The notes under the pieces are model-generated. The model ran no database searches. It worked only from the letters and a program-made list of their open reading frames with translations, and was not told the DNA's origin. A DNA stretch of 64,000 bases from an uncultured Chitinophagales bacterium (GTDB taxonomy: Bacteria > Bacteroidota > Bacteroidia > Chitinophagales > BACL12), in assembly GCA_964492065.1 (NCBI GenBank), contig CAZBHH010000003.1, positions 132,350-196,349 on the forward strand. Direction: 5' to 3'. The translations under genes were made by a program, and so were the position numbers. Below, one piece after another: positions 25,882 through 35,491 of the stretch (its first letter is position 1; each line of letters opens with the position of its first letter).

Positions 25882-28365
25882 TCAGTTTTTCTTCAATTCT
25901 TTCCGGCGGCGCAACATACTGATAAAAAATCCAGCCGACATTATTGCCATTCCCAGCCACACCAAATTAATCATCGGGAATACTATCGCTTTCATGATAA
26001 TCCAGTTGTTCTGCACATTCCTCTCCGTCGTGGTAATTTTAAACGTATGAGATTCCGTATCGATAAAATCAAATGTGAGCTCCAGGTCTGCATGCCGCAT
26101 CCTTACCGGATCGCTGATAATTTTATTATCCGAAACGGTAAACTTCGGTTCAACCATTTCAATCGAATCGCCCGTATGCGCCATGAACAACGCTCCTGCC
26201 GAAACCGTGTTGCCCTCGTTATACCGGCGAATATCGTTTAATACCAAATACCCCTTCGAGAAAAATATCGTGTCGCCAATGCCAACTGTATGTTCCTCGG
26301 TGATGGGTTGATTATCTCTTGCATCCCGCGATGGGATGGAAGAGATATGGGTAAACACATCGTGTGTCAAATAGTGTTTGGTATCGGGATTGGGCGAGAG
26401 TTGTTCCGATTTTTTGTCGGTCAGCAGGTAGGGATACAAATAAAATACTTTCTCCACCGCTCCTGTTCTGTCGTTTATTTTCTCATAGCGCACCTTATAG
26501 AATGTCTCCCTGTTGACAACGGAATCGCTGACATACGTCACGATATAATCGCCCATATTTACCGGCACATTTTGATACAGCAAAATATTATCCCGCTTAA
26601 ACTTCTGGTCGAATTCATCGCCGTAATTAATGCCTTGTGTATTGACAGACAGCACCTGCTGATTGGCATTGGAAATTAAAATGCCCAGCAATAAAATGCC
26701 GAAACCGATATGGGCTACGTACCCGCCCGCTATTTTTATTTTGCCTTTAAGTATTACAATCAGGTATTGCAGGTTTGCAATGATGGTAAATCCGCCGGCA
26801 AACAGCAGCAGCGAAAACGGGTAGATGGTCCACACGGAATAATTATTTCCGAACAATTGCAGGTTTGCCTTTGAAAAGATGGGATAGCCGAGCGCATTGG
26901 CCGCAACCAGCATCACCACGAGGGCGAGAATGGCAGCGATGGCAACCGACCGCATGAATCGCTTCAAATACGTTTTCCGGTATTTCAGGAATTGCACAAA
27001 CCCTGAAAACACCGCAATGATAATTGCCACCCATATCTGCACCGCAGTATAGTAATGAATCGGGTCGGCAGGCGGCGCATAATCGGTGCGCAGATGCGTG
27101 TCAAACCAATCGTTTATCCGCAAAAAAACCTGGTTATAAACCGGGATGCCCGTAAAGAAAATGATATGCAATCCGGAAAACAGAAACACCAGTGAGCCGA
27201 TAAACATCCAAAACTCACGTGACGAACCGGCCTCTTCTTCCTTATTGGCCGGAATATGTTTCCAGTGGCGGGAAATCAACACAATACCCAGGCAGGTGAA
27301 AAATCCCAGGAACAACAACAGGTGGTTTTCCAAGCCGCTCACGACAAACGAGTGCACACTTGAATCGCCGAGGATACCGCTGCGGGTTAAAAACGAGGCG
27401 TACAACACAAAGAAAAAGGCGAGGAATAACATGATAAACGCACTGCGCAGAGCGTGCCCTGTCGCCTTCGCAACGAGTAGCAAGTGAATGCCGGCGACGG
27501 TTATCAGCCAGGGAATCAGCGAGGCATTTTCCACGGGGTCCCATGCCCAGAACCCGCCAAAACTCAGCGCTTCATAAGCCCAGGCGCCACCCAATAAAAT
27601 GCCGGCGCCGAGCACCATTCCCGCAAACAGGCTATAGGGCAGTGCCGGCCGTATCCACCCGGTGTAGTTTTTTGTCCAGAGGCCGGCAAACGCAAAGGCA
27701 AACGGAACGGTTACCGATGCAAATCCCAGGAATAAAACGGGCGGATGAATCACCATCCAATAATTTTGCAACAGCGCATTTAACCCCGTTCCATCCTTTA
27801 TAAAATCCATATAGTTTTCAAACATGAATACCGGGTCCTGCGTCAGTGCATCTTCCATTAACAAAAAGGGGGATATGCCAATTTTTAATTTACCGATATA
27901 GACGCCGAGCAGAAATGAAACCAGGAACGCCTGCTGCAGGCTTATGAATGTTAATACCGGCGCTTCCCATTTTTTTGAGGTAAGTATCAGAAATACGCCG
28001 AGACAGGTCATCCAGAAAGTCCATAACAGAAAACTCCCCTCCTGTCCTTCCCAGAAACAGGAGAGAATGTATTTCAATGGTAAATCAAGCGATGAATGCG
28101 ACCAGACGTAGTGATACTCAAACCGGTGGTTAAAAATCATGAGAAAGAGTGTAACTACGGTAGCAAAAACAGAAAATGCATGTGTAAAGAATGCGTAGCG
28201 TGCGAGATTCAGCCATTGCTGCTTACCGGTTGCATCTGCACTTCTTACCGAAGTAAAATAGGAGAAAGCGGCAACGAGTGCAGCGACAAATGCAAGTATT
28301 ATAAAAAAGTGACCTGCCTGGCCATAGAACGGGTTTATGGCATTGATACTTAAAAGGCAGTTCAT
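25882..28365 (-). CDS. ccmF: Cytochrome c-type biogenesis heme lyase CcmF (heme-handling protein family)
   Basis: The WWD heme-handling motif is FGGFWAWDPVENASLIPWL. There are many transmembrane helices, 827 aa in total. It lies immediately downstream of ccmE. Confidence 0.8.
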   Translation of the reverse strand: MNCLLSINAINPFYGQAGHFFIILAFVAALVAAFSYFTSVRSADATGKQQWLNLARYAFFTHAFSVFATVVTLFLMIFNHRFEYHYVWSHSSLDLPLKYILSCFWEGQEGSFLLWTFWMTCLGVFLILTSKKWEAPVLTFISLQQAFLVSFLLGVYIGKLKIGISPFLLMEDALTQDPVFMFENYMDFIKDGTGLNALLQNYWMVIHPPVLFLGFASVTVPFAFAFAGLWTKNYTGWIRPALPYSLFAGMVLGAGILLGGAWAYEALSFGGFWAWDPVENASLIPWLITVAGIHLLLVAKATGHALRSAFIMLFLAFFFVLYASFLTRSGILGDSSVHSFVVSGLENHLLLFLGFFTCLGIVLISRHWKHIPANKEEEAGSSREFWMFIGSLVFLFSGLHIIFFTGIPVYNQVFLRINDWFDTHLRTDYAPPADPIHYYTAVQIWVAIIIAVFSGFVQFLKYRKTYLKRFMRSVAIAAILALVVMLVAANALGYPIFSKANLQLFGNNYSVWTIYPFSLLLFAGGFTIIANLQYLIVILKGKIKIAGGYVAHIGFGILLLGILISNANQQVLSVNTQGINYGDEFDQKFKRDNILLYQNVPVNMGDYIVTYVSDSVVNRETFYKVRYEKINDRTGAVEKVFYLYPYLLTDKKSEQLSPNPDTKHYLTHDVFTHISSIPSRDARDNQPITEEHTVGIGDTIFFSKGYLVLNDIRRYNEGNTVSAGALFMAHTGDSIEMVEPKFTVSDNKIISDPVRMRHADLELTFDFIDTESHTFKITTTERNVQNNWIIMKAIVFPMINLVWLGMAIMSAGFFISMLRRRKELKKN

Positions 28366-28368
28366 TCT

Positions 28369-28761
28369 TTAAATTTCGCTTTTATCCACTTCATTCTCTA
28401 CGTACTTGCTCGGGCATTTTACGAGAATATCACTGGCGTAAAACACATCCTCCTTCATACTGCCCGTCAGCACAATTTCATCGCTCATTTCAAAATCTCT
28501 CGGCTTTTCATCGAAGCAAACTATCTTACCCGATTTGCCATTCTGGTCAATGAGATAAAAGCTAAACGTATTCGGATCTTTAACCGGGTCGTAATCTACC
28601 GGTTTGTCTTTGTCGAGTGTGCCCTTTAAACGCAATTCCTTGCCCGCTTTGCCGATGGCGTCGTCGAAATCCGAATAGGCGCTTACGTTGCCTAATTGCG
28701 ATGCCAAAACACCAACGCAGACCGCGAGAAACAATAATAAAATTATATGTGATCGCTTCAC
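28369..28761 (-). CDS. ccmE: Cytochrome c maturation heme chaperone CcmE, Cys-type (CxxxY) variant
   Basis: N-terminal anchor plus an OB-fold-like body. The C-terminal ILVKCPSKY aligns with E. coli VLAKHDENY, so the heme-binding His is replaced by Cys (codon 28414-28416). Confidence 0.75.
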   Translation of the reverse strand: MKRSHIILLLFLAVCVGVLASQLGNVSAYSDFDDAIGKAGKELRLKGTLDKDKPVDYDPVKDPNTFSFYLIDQNGKSGKIVCFDEKPRDFEMSDEIVLTGSMKEDVFYASDILVKCPSKYVENEVDKSEI

Positions 28762-28945
28762 TGTTACTGTTTTTTCTGATAATGCAAATTTACCTCAAAA
28801 TGTTCAGCACCTTATACCCTAAGTGTTAAGATGTACTAAATCGTGCGACGGCAGGCGGTTTGCGGGCAATAAAACAGTATTTTCGCCCACCCGGAAATCC
28901 GGCATTTCACAACGGCAATCAAAGATAATACAACGTCAATCCCAT

Positions 28946-30361
28946 ATGCTTTCCAAATACATCGACAAATTACGGCATGGGTATTCCCTGTTCAAAAAGG
29001 CGCTTTCGGGTGAAGAGCAGGACTACACTACAGGTAGCATTGGCAAGGCGATATTCCTGTTGAGCGTGCCGATGATATTTGAGATGATGATGGAAAGTGT
29101 CTTTGCCGTAGTGGATATTTTCTTTGTCAATCGCCTGGGCTCCGATGCCGTTTCTATCGTAGGCCTCACCGAGAGTGTAAATACAATCATTTACTCCGTG
29201 GCAATTGGCATCAGCACCGCAGCCACCGCCCTGATTTCCAGGAGAATCGGTGAAAAGAACAGGGAAGCCGCCGCCACTACTGCAGTACAGGTAATTGCGC
29301 TCACCTGCGTGGCATCCGCCGCAATAAGCATCCCCGCATTTCTGTTTTCCGAGGATATCCTGCGGTTGATGGGCGCTGAACCCGCAGCGATTGCCGGCGG
29401 CGCAGGATATACCCGGATTCTGTTCGGCTCCAGCGCCGTGATTATGTTCCTGTTTGTCATCAACGGCATTTTCCGCGGTGCAGGCGATGCCACCATCGCC
29501 ATGCGCAGTTTGTGGATTGCCAATATTTGCAATATTGTCCTCGATTACCTGCTGATTTTTGGTATCGGGCCTTTCCCCGAACTGGGCATACAGGGTGCGG
29601 CAATCGCTACGGCAACCGGCCGGGGTATCGGCGTGATCTATCAACTCTACCATCTCACCGGCGCAACGGGTATTGTCCATATCGCGAAACGACATCTGAC
29701 CTTCAACGGCAACATAATACATGCATTAATCAATGTGGCATCACCGGCTACCCTACAGTTTATCATCGCTTCGGCGAGTTGGGTTGTCCTCGCCGCATTT
29801 GTGGCACAAAGCGGCAGCGATGCTTCGGCGGGTTATCAGACCAGTATCCGGCTGGTGCTGTTTTTCATCCTGCCGGCATGGGGTATGAGCAATGCCGCCG
29901 CCACACTGGTGGGGCAGAATTTGGGTGCGCAGCAAATCGGGCGGGCCGAGGAAAGCGTATTCAGAACCGCCAAATACAATGCGGTATTTATGGGCAGTGT
30001 CTCGTTGCTGTTTTTATTTTTCAGCAAGCCCCTCGCCCTGTTGTTTATTCCCGCACACCAAACCGAACAGGTGCAGTTTGCCGTATTATCGCTGCAAATT
30101 ATCTGTTCCGGTTTTTTATTCTACGGCATCGGCATGGTCATTACCATGGCTTTCAATGGGGCCGGCGACACCCGTACTCCAACCCTGGTAAACTTATTCG
30201 GATTCTGGCTGTTTCAAATCCCGTTGGCGTATTTGCTCTCGCATACATTCAAGCTGGAAGCTATGGGAGTATTTATTGCAATACCGGTGGCTGAATCGGC
30301 GATTGCAATTGCGGGCTTTATTATTTTCAAAAGGGGTACATGGAAAACGGTTACCGTGTAA
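28946..30361 (+). CDS. MATE family efflux transporter
   Basis: 12-transmembrane pattern; SVPMIFEMMMESVFAVVDIFFV, IFGIGPFPELGIQGAAIAT. The start was set at the ATG at 28946 (MLSKYIDKL). Confidence 0.85.
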   Translation: MLSKYIDKLRHGYSLFKKALSGEEQDYTTGSIGKAIFLLSVPMIFEMMMESVFAVVDIFFVNRLGSDAVSIVGLTESVNTIIYSVAIGISTAATALISRRIGEKNREAAATTAVQVIALTCVASAAISIPAFLFSEDILRLMGAEPAAIAGGAGYTRILFGSSAVIMFLFVINGIFRGAGDATIAMRSLWIANICNIVLDYLLIFGIGPFPELGIQGAAIATATGRGIGVIYQLYHLTGATGIVHIAKRHLTFNGNIIHALINVASPATLQFIIASASWVVLAAFVAQSGSDASAGYQTSIRLVLFFILPAWGMSNAAATLVGQNLGAQQIGRAEESVFRTAKYNAVFMGSVSLLFLFFSKPLALLFIPAHQTEQVQFAVLSLQIICSGFLFYGIGMVITMAFNGAGDTRTPTLVNLFGFWLFQIPLAYLLSHTFKLEAMGVFIAIPVAESAIAIAGFIIFKRGTWKTVTV

Positions 30362-30398
30362 TACACGTGGCAGCGACGATACAATGCCCGTTATTAAG

Positions 30399-30406
30399 TA
30401 ACTTTG
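30399..30406 (+). promoter_or_regulatory. Candidate -7 box TAACTTTG upstream of rocD
   Basis: Exact TAnnTTTG match 12 nt upstream of the ATG at 30418. Confidence 0.4.
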
Positions 30407-30417
30407 CAATAAATTAA

Positions 30418-31641
30418 ATGGCTATGGAAGTATTGACATCAAATTATTTTATTGAACTGGAAGATAAATACGGAGCGCACAACTATCACCCGTTGCCGGT
30501 GGTGCTCTCACGTGGTGAAGGCGTTTTCGTGTGGGATGTGGAGGAGAAAAAATACTTTGATTTTCTGTCTGCGTACAGCGCAGTTAACCAGGGCCATTGC
30601 AATCCGAGAATCATCAATGCACTCACCGAACAGGCGCAGAAACTGACACTGAGCAGCCGTGCTTTTTACAACGACGCATTAGGCGAATACGAAAAATACG
30701 TTACCGCTTTATTCGGCTACGATAAATTATTGCCGATGAATACGGGTGTGGAGGCTGTAGAGACTGCCATCAAACTATGCAGAAAATGGGGGTATTCGGT
30801 AAAAGGCGTTGAGCCTAATAAGGCGCAGATCATCGTGTTCGAACAAAACTTTCACGGGCGTACCAGCGGTGTGATATCATTTTCCACCGACCCCACTTCA
30901 ACATACAATTTCGGCCCGTATATGCCCGGTTATATCGTAGCGCCCTATAATAACCTGGAGGCGCTGGAAAGAGAATTGCAAAAACCCAATATCGCCGGGT
31001 TATTGATAGAGCCCATTCAGGGCGAAGCCGGCGTCGTGGTTCCCGATGCGGGGTACCTGGCAGGCGTGTATGACTTGTGTAAAAAACACAACGTCCTGTT
31101 TATGGCCGATGAAATACAAACCGGTTTGTGTCGTACAGGCAAAATGCTGGCCTGCGACCACGAGAATGTGCGTCCCGATGTGCTGATTCTCGGCAAGGCG
31201 TTGTCCGGCGGCGTATTGCCCGTTTCGGCGGTGCTTGCCGACGATGAGGTCATGTTGTGTATCCAGCCGGGCGAACACGGTTCCACCTTTGGCGGCAACC
31301 CGCTGGCTTGCCGTGTCGGCATGGAAGCATTGCAGGTATTACAAGACGAAAACTTAGCGGAGAATGCAGAGAAGATGGGCGTATTGCTGCGCAGCGAACT
31401 CGCCAAAATGAACCCGGATGTGGTGAAGACCGTTAGGGGAAAAGGACTGTTGAATGCGATTGTCGTTCCTGAAAGAGAAGGAAAAGACGCCTGGGATTTC
31501 TGCCTTAAATTAAAATCAAACGGCCTGCTCGCCAAGCCGACTCACGGCGATAAAATCCGGTTTGCACCGCCGCTCGTTATAACCGAAGAGCAAATGTGGG
31601 AGTGCATAGAAATCATCCGCAAGACAGTGGATTCCTTCTGA
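30418..31641 (+). CDS. rocD: Ornithine--oxo-acid aminotransferase
   Basis: [48 protein letters not shown] and the PLP-lysine context ILGKALSGG. Confidence 0.85.
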   Translation: MAMEVLTSNYFIELEDKYGAHNYHPLPVVLSRGEGVFVWDVEEKKYFDFLSAYSAVNQGHCNPRIINALTEQAQKLTLSSRAFYNDALGEYEKYVTALFGYDKLLPMNTGVEAVETAIKLCRKWGYSVKGVEPNKAQIIVFEQNFHGRTSGVISFSTDPTSTYNFGPYMPGYIVAPYNNLEALERELQKPNIAGLLIEPIQGEAGVVVPDAGYLAGVYDLCKKHNVLFMADEIQTGLCRTGKMLACDHENVRPDVLILGKALSGGVLPVSAVLADDEVMLCIQPGEHGSTFGGNPLACRVGMEALQVLQDENLAENAEKMGVLLRSELAKMNPDVVKTVRGKGLLNAIVVPEREGKDAWDFCLKLKSNGLLAKPTHGDKIRFAPPLVITEEQMWECIEIIRKTVDSF

Positions 31642-32262
31642 TCAGCGCTTGTATTTTTCTATTTGAATAACGGCTTCGCAGAATTCGTATTCCCGTGTGA
31701 TGTTGGAACTGACGACTATACAGCGGTCGCCCGCATACCGGCCGATCAACTCCTGATACCATGCTACCCCGGCCGCATCGAGATTAGTGGTCGGTTCGTC
31801 AAGTAATACTACCGGAACATCTGCGAGAATGGCCAGGCAGAGCTTTACCCGCTGTTTCATCCCGGAGGAATAATTCTTTATCAGTTTATTTCTATGGCGC
31901 TCCAATCCGGAAATCGCTATGCATTCCCGTACCGGCAAATTTTGAACGGTGGGTTTAAATTGTTTTTGAAAGTGCAACAATTCCGCAAAAGAAAACTCTT
32001 CGATAAGATCGATATACGGTGCGGCGTAGGAAATTTTTGAATACACCATGTCGGGCGCCAGTTTTCCGCCGTTAAAAGTAAAGGCGACGCTGCCTTCCGA
32101 CGGTGACAGCTGTCCGCTTAAGATGCGCATCAGCGTGGATTTGCCCGAGCCGTTGGCGCCGGTTATTGCAATTTTATCACCTGCGGAAAATGTATAGTCC
32201 ACATTGCGGAATATCCAGTCGTAATTAAATCTTTTGGAAACGGCCTGTAGTTGAATCATCAT
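31642..32262 (-). CDS. ABC transporter ATP-binding protein (single NBD, 206 aa)
   Basis: Walker A GANGSGKST, signature YSSGMKQR, Walker B VVLLDEP. Confidence 0.85.
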   Translation of the reverse strand: MMIQLQAVSKRFNYDWIFRNVDYTFSAGDKIAITGANGSGKSTLMRILSGQLSPSEGSVAFTFNGGKLAPDMVYSKISYAAPYIDLIEEFSFAELLHFQKQFKPTVQNLPVRECIAISGLERHRNKLIKNYSSGMKQRVKLCLAILADVPVVLLDEPTTNLDAAGVAWYQELIGRYAGDRCIVVSSNITREYEFCEAVIQIEKYKR

Positions 32263-33047
32263 TCAGTCATGTGGCGAAACCCTTTCATTACACCGCCTTT
32301 CGAAGAGCGGATAAATGTCAGTATCTGATCCCGTTCGTTGGTTGCAGGTAATTCGGCTTCAATTATACTCAGCGCTTTAGAGACATTAAAACCCCTTACA
32401 AACAGTATGCGGTAAATTTCCTGAATTTGGTTGATGGAATCGGGGCTGAATCCGCGGCGGCGCAAGCCGATGGAATTCACACCGGCATAGGACAGAGGCT
32501 CTCGTGCCGCCTTGACGAATGGGGGAACATCTTTGCGCACCAGCGAACCGCCGGCAATGAATGCGTGGGCGCCGATTTTAATAAACTGCTGTACGGCTAC
32601 CGTTCCCTCCAGGATTACCCACTCTTCGATTTCGATATGACCGGCGAGGTTTACGCTGTTGGCGAGAATGACGTGGTTGCCGACAATGCAGTCGTGCGCA
32701 ACATGCACATAAGCCATCAACAAACAATTACTGCCAATCACTGTCTTTTCCAGATATTTAGTTCCCCGGTTTATAGTTACACATTCCCGTATCGTCGTGT
32801 TATCGCCAATTATCACTTCAGTATCTTCGCCGTTGTATTTCAAATCCTGGGGAATGGCGGAAATCACGGCGCCGGGAAATATCCTGCAGTTTTTTCCGAT
32901 GCGTGCACCCGACATAATCGTAACGTTCGGGCCTATCCACGTGCCCTCGCCGATCACTACATTTTTCGAAATAAATGAATACGGTTCTATAACCACATTA
33001 TCCGCCACCTGCGCCTGGGGATGTACATACGCCAAAGGTTGATTCAT
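32259..33047 (-). CDS. lpxA: Acyl-ACP--UDP-N-acetylglucosamine O-acyltransferase
   Basis: Hexapeptide repeats, a C-terminal LpxA helical domain, and its position in the lpxD-lpxC/fabZ-lpxA cluster. Confidence 0.85.
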   Translation of the reverse strand: MNQPLAYVHPQAQVADNVVIEPYSFISKNVVIGEGTWIGPNVTIMSGARIGKNCRIFPGAVISAIPQDLKYNGEDTEVIIGDNTTIRECVTINRGTKYLEKTVIGSNCLLMAYVHVAHDCIVGNHVILANSVNLAGHIEIEEWVILEGTVAVQQFIKIGAHAFIAGGSLVRKDVPPFVKAAREPLSYAGVNSIGLRRRGFSPDSINQIQEIYRILFVRGFNVSKALSIIEAELPATNERDQILTFIRSSKGGVMKGFRHMTE

Positions 33048-34447
33048 CAGCTTTCAGATCGTTTTACTACCTGGGCGGTGAGTTCGCCTTCGGTAACCAG
33101 ATAATTCCCAACATAGGCAGTTGCTTTCATTTCGCAAATGCCCCTGCGTATGGGGTGCATCAATTCCATTTTTAATAACAGCGTGTCGCCGGGCAATACC
33201 TTGCGTTTAAATTTCACCCTGTCTATTTTCAGGAAATACGTGTCGTAGTTTTCGGGATCCGGCACCTGGCTTAAAACAAAAATGCCCCCGGTTTGCGCAA
33301 GCGCTTCCACCTGCAATACGCCGGGCATCACCGGGTTGTTCGGGAAATGGCCGGCAAAGAATCCTTCATTAAAAGTAACGTTCTTCAAGCCAACGATGTA
33401 CTTGTCGGTCATCTCGATAATTTTATCCACTAACAACATCGGGTAGCGGTGTGGCAACATCTTATTGATAGTGTTAATATCATAAACCGGCTCGCTATTG
33501 GGATTGTATCGCGGCACCGAAATATTTTTCCTGTTCTTGTGATAGGATTTAATCATTTTGGCAAAGGCTACATTGGCAGGATGCCCCGGCCGGCTGGCAA
33601 ATACTTTCCCCTTAATCGGTTTGCCGGCCAGCGACAGGTCGCCGATTACATCCAATAATTTATGCCGGGCAGGTTCATTGATATGGTGTAATTCGAGATT
33701 GTTTAATATCCCTTCCTTTTTAACCATCACGTGTTCTTTGTTGAACATCTTCTTGAGCTTGGCCATCTCGGGTTCGCTGACTTCTTTATCGACAATGACA
33801 ATGGCATTATTCAAATCTCCGCCGCGAATCAGGTTATTTTCATACAGCGTTTCCAACTCGTGCAGGAAGCAAAACGTACGGCTGTTGGCAAATTCGTTTT
33901 TAAACTCGTCCATTTCATGCAGCGTAGCGTGTTGCTGTCCGAGAACCTTGGAATTAAAATCTATCATCACCGTAACCTGGTAGTTATCGGCGGGCATCAA
34001 GGTCATTTCGGTATTTCGTGAATCGTCTTTTAACACGAGGTTTTCGGTAACGATGATGTACTCTCTTTCGGCGTCCTGCTCTTCCCTGCCTACACCGTCG
34101 AGCGCTTCGACAAACACCTTGGAGCTGCCATCCATAATGGGCGTCTCATCGCCGTTCAGTTCGATGAGCACATTGTCGATTCCCAGGCCGGCCAGTGCGG
34201 CGAGCGTGTGTTCCACGGTACTGATGCGAATGCCGTTCTTTGCAATAGTAGTACCCCGGGCTGTATCCACGACATTGTCCACGTCTGCCTCTATTACCGG
34301 CTGGCCTTCCACATCGATGCGCTTAAACTTGATGCCGTGATTGACGGGTGCCGGTTTAAACGTCATGATGACGTCCTGACCGGTATGCAAACCCACCCCA
34401 GCCACAGTCACCTTACTCTTTATCGTATGTTGTAAATCCTTCTTCAT
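33047..34447 (-). CDS. lpxC: Bifunctional UDP-3-O-acyl-GlcNAc deacetylase / 3-hydroxyacyl-ACP dehydratase (LpxC-FabZ fusion)
   Basis: The N-terminus TVAGVGLHTG...STVEHTLAAL is LpxC. The C-terminus LPHRYPMLLVDKI...FFAGHFPNNPVMPGVL is FabZ. 466 aa. Confidence 0.9.
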   Translation of the reverse strand: MKKDLQHTIKSKVTVAGVGLHTGQDVIMTFKPAPVNHGIKFKRIDVEGQPVIEADVDNVVDTARGTTIAKNGIRISTVEHTLAALAGLGIDNVLIELNGDETPIMDGSSKVFVEALDGVGREEQDAEREYIIVTENLVLKDDSRNTEMTLMPADNYQVTVMIDFNSKVLGQQHATLHEMDEFKNEFANSRTFCFLHELETLYENNLIRGGDLNNAIVIVDKEVSEPEMAKLKKMFNKEHVMVKKEGILNNLELHHINEPARHKLLDVIGDLSLAGKPIKGKVFASRPGHPANVAFAKMIKSYHKNRKNISVPRYNPNSEPVYDINTINKMLPHRYPMLLVDKIIEMTDKYIVGLKNVTFNEGFFAGHFPNNPVMPGVLQVEALAQTGGIFVLSQVPDPENYDTYFLKIDRVKFKRKVLPGDTLLLKMELMHPIRRGICEMKATAYVGNYLVTEGELTAQVVKRSES

Positions 34448-34451
34448 GCCC

Positions 34452-35489
34452 TTATTTCTCCAATTCCTTTAAGCGTTGTTCCAAGTCGGCAATTCTTTGC
34501 ATCATCTCCGGTAATTTTTTAAATATCACCTGCGAACGCATCGCCAGATTGTAGTCAAAAGCCGGCGAGCCGGTAAAAGCCAGTCCGGGTTGCTTAATAC
34601 TCTTTGCCACTCCGCTTTGCGCATTGATGCGGGTGCCATCGGCGATGACGAGATGCCCCACGATGCCTACCTGCCCGCCCACGATACAATTGCGGCCGAT
34701 TTTGGTGCTGCCTGAAATCCCGGTTTGCGCAGCGATCACGGTGTTTTCGCCGATGTCCACATTGTGGGCTATTTGAATCAGGTTATCCAGTTTGGCACCC
34801 TTGCGGATAATCGTCGAACCCAGTGTTGCCCTGTCGATGGTCGTATTTGCGCCTATCTCCACATTGTCTTCTATGACCACATTTCCGGTTTGCGGCACTT
34901 TTTTATAGGTGCCGTCTTCCTGGGGTGCAAAACCAAACCCCTCGCTGCCGATTACGGCGCCACCGTTTATCAGGCAGTTGTCGCCAACCTTACAGTCATC
35001 GAGAATACACACACCCGGGCAGATAATAACATTCTTGCCGATGTGCACATTATTGCCGATATACACCTGCGCCATGATCTGCGTGTTGTCGCCGATGGAA
35101 GAATTCTGGCCGATTACCGAAAACACACCTACGTGCACGTCTTTTCCCAAGGTAGCCGTCGGCGCTATATGGCTGAATTTTTCCACGCCATTGGCTGCCA
35201 GCGCTCCCATCGCCTTGTATTGGGCTAAAATTTTTGAAAAACCGGTATAGGCATCTTTCACCCGGATCAACGTGGGCTGTACCGGTTGATCGAAGTTCAG
35301 CGATTCACTGATAATCAGCACGGAAGCCTGAGTCGTATAGGCGTATTTAATATATTTGGGATTTGCCAGAAAGCAGACATCCCCATCCTGACCTTCTTCA
35401 ATTTTGGCGGGTTTACGCACCATAACATCGGGGTTACCCTCCAAGGTACCCTGAAGGAATTTACTCAATTCTAATGCAGAAAACTCCAT
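34452..35489 (-). CDS. lpxD: UDP-3-O-acylglucosamine N-acyltransferase
   Basis: The N-terminal LpxD domain is followed by long hexapeptide repeats. The start was set at the ATG at 35487-35489, directly after the upstream stop. Confidence 0.85.
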   Translation of the reverse strand: MEFSALELSKFLQGTLEGNPDVMVRKPAKIEEGQDGDVCFLANPKYIKYAYTTQASVLIISESLNFDQPVQPTLIRVKDAYTGFSKILAQYKAMGALAANGVEKFSHIAPTATLGKDVHVGVFSVIGQNSSIGDNTQIMAQVYIGNNVHIGKNVIICPGVCILDDCKVGDNCLINGGAVIGSEGFGFAPQEDGTYKKVPQTGNVVIEDNVEIGANTTIDRATLGSTIIRKGAKLDNLIQIAHNVDIGENTVIAAQTGISGSTKIGRNCIVGGQVGIVGHLVIADGTRINAQSGVAKSIKQPGLAFTGSPAFDYNLAMRSQVIFKKLPEMMQRIADLEQRLKELEK

Positions 35490-35491
35490 GC

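Noticed and set aside
28970-30294. Long alternative-frame and antisense ORFs inside the MATE gene: 28970-29722 minus (250 aa) and 29512-30294 plus (260 aa). Similar ORFs occur inside rocD (31017-31535), the S8 peptidase, miaB and others.
   Set aside because: Their translations are Arg/Gly/Pro/Cys-rich and low-complexity, with no motifs. They lie entirely within genes whose own frames carry strong family signatures. These are typical shadow ORFs of GC-rich third-position bias.
31642-32262. The 206-aa ABC ATPase as a possible CcmA (heme exporter) belonging with ccmE/ccmF
   Set aside because: It is separated from ccmE by two unrelated genes, and its start overlaps the stop of lpxA. It has no adjacent CcmB/CcmC-like permease. 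Size similarity alone is not evidence.
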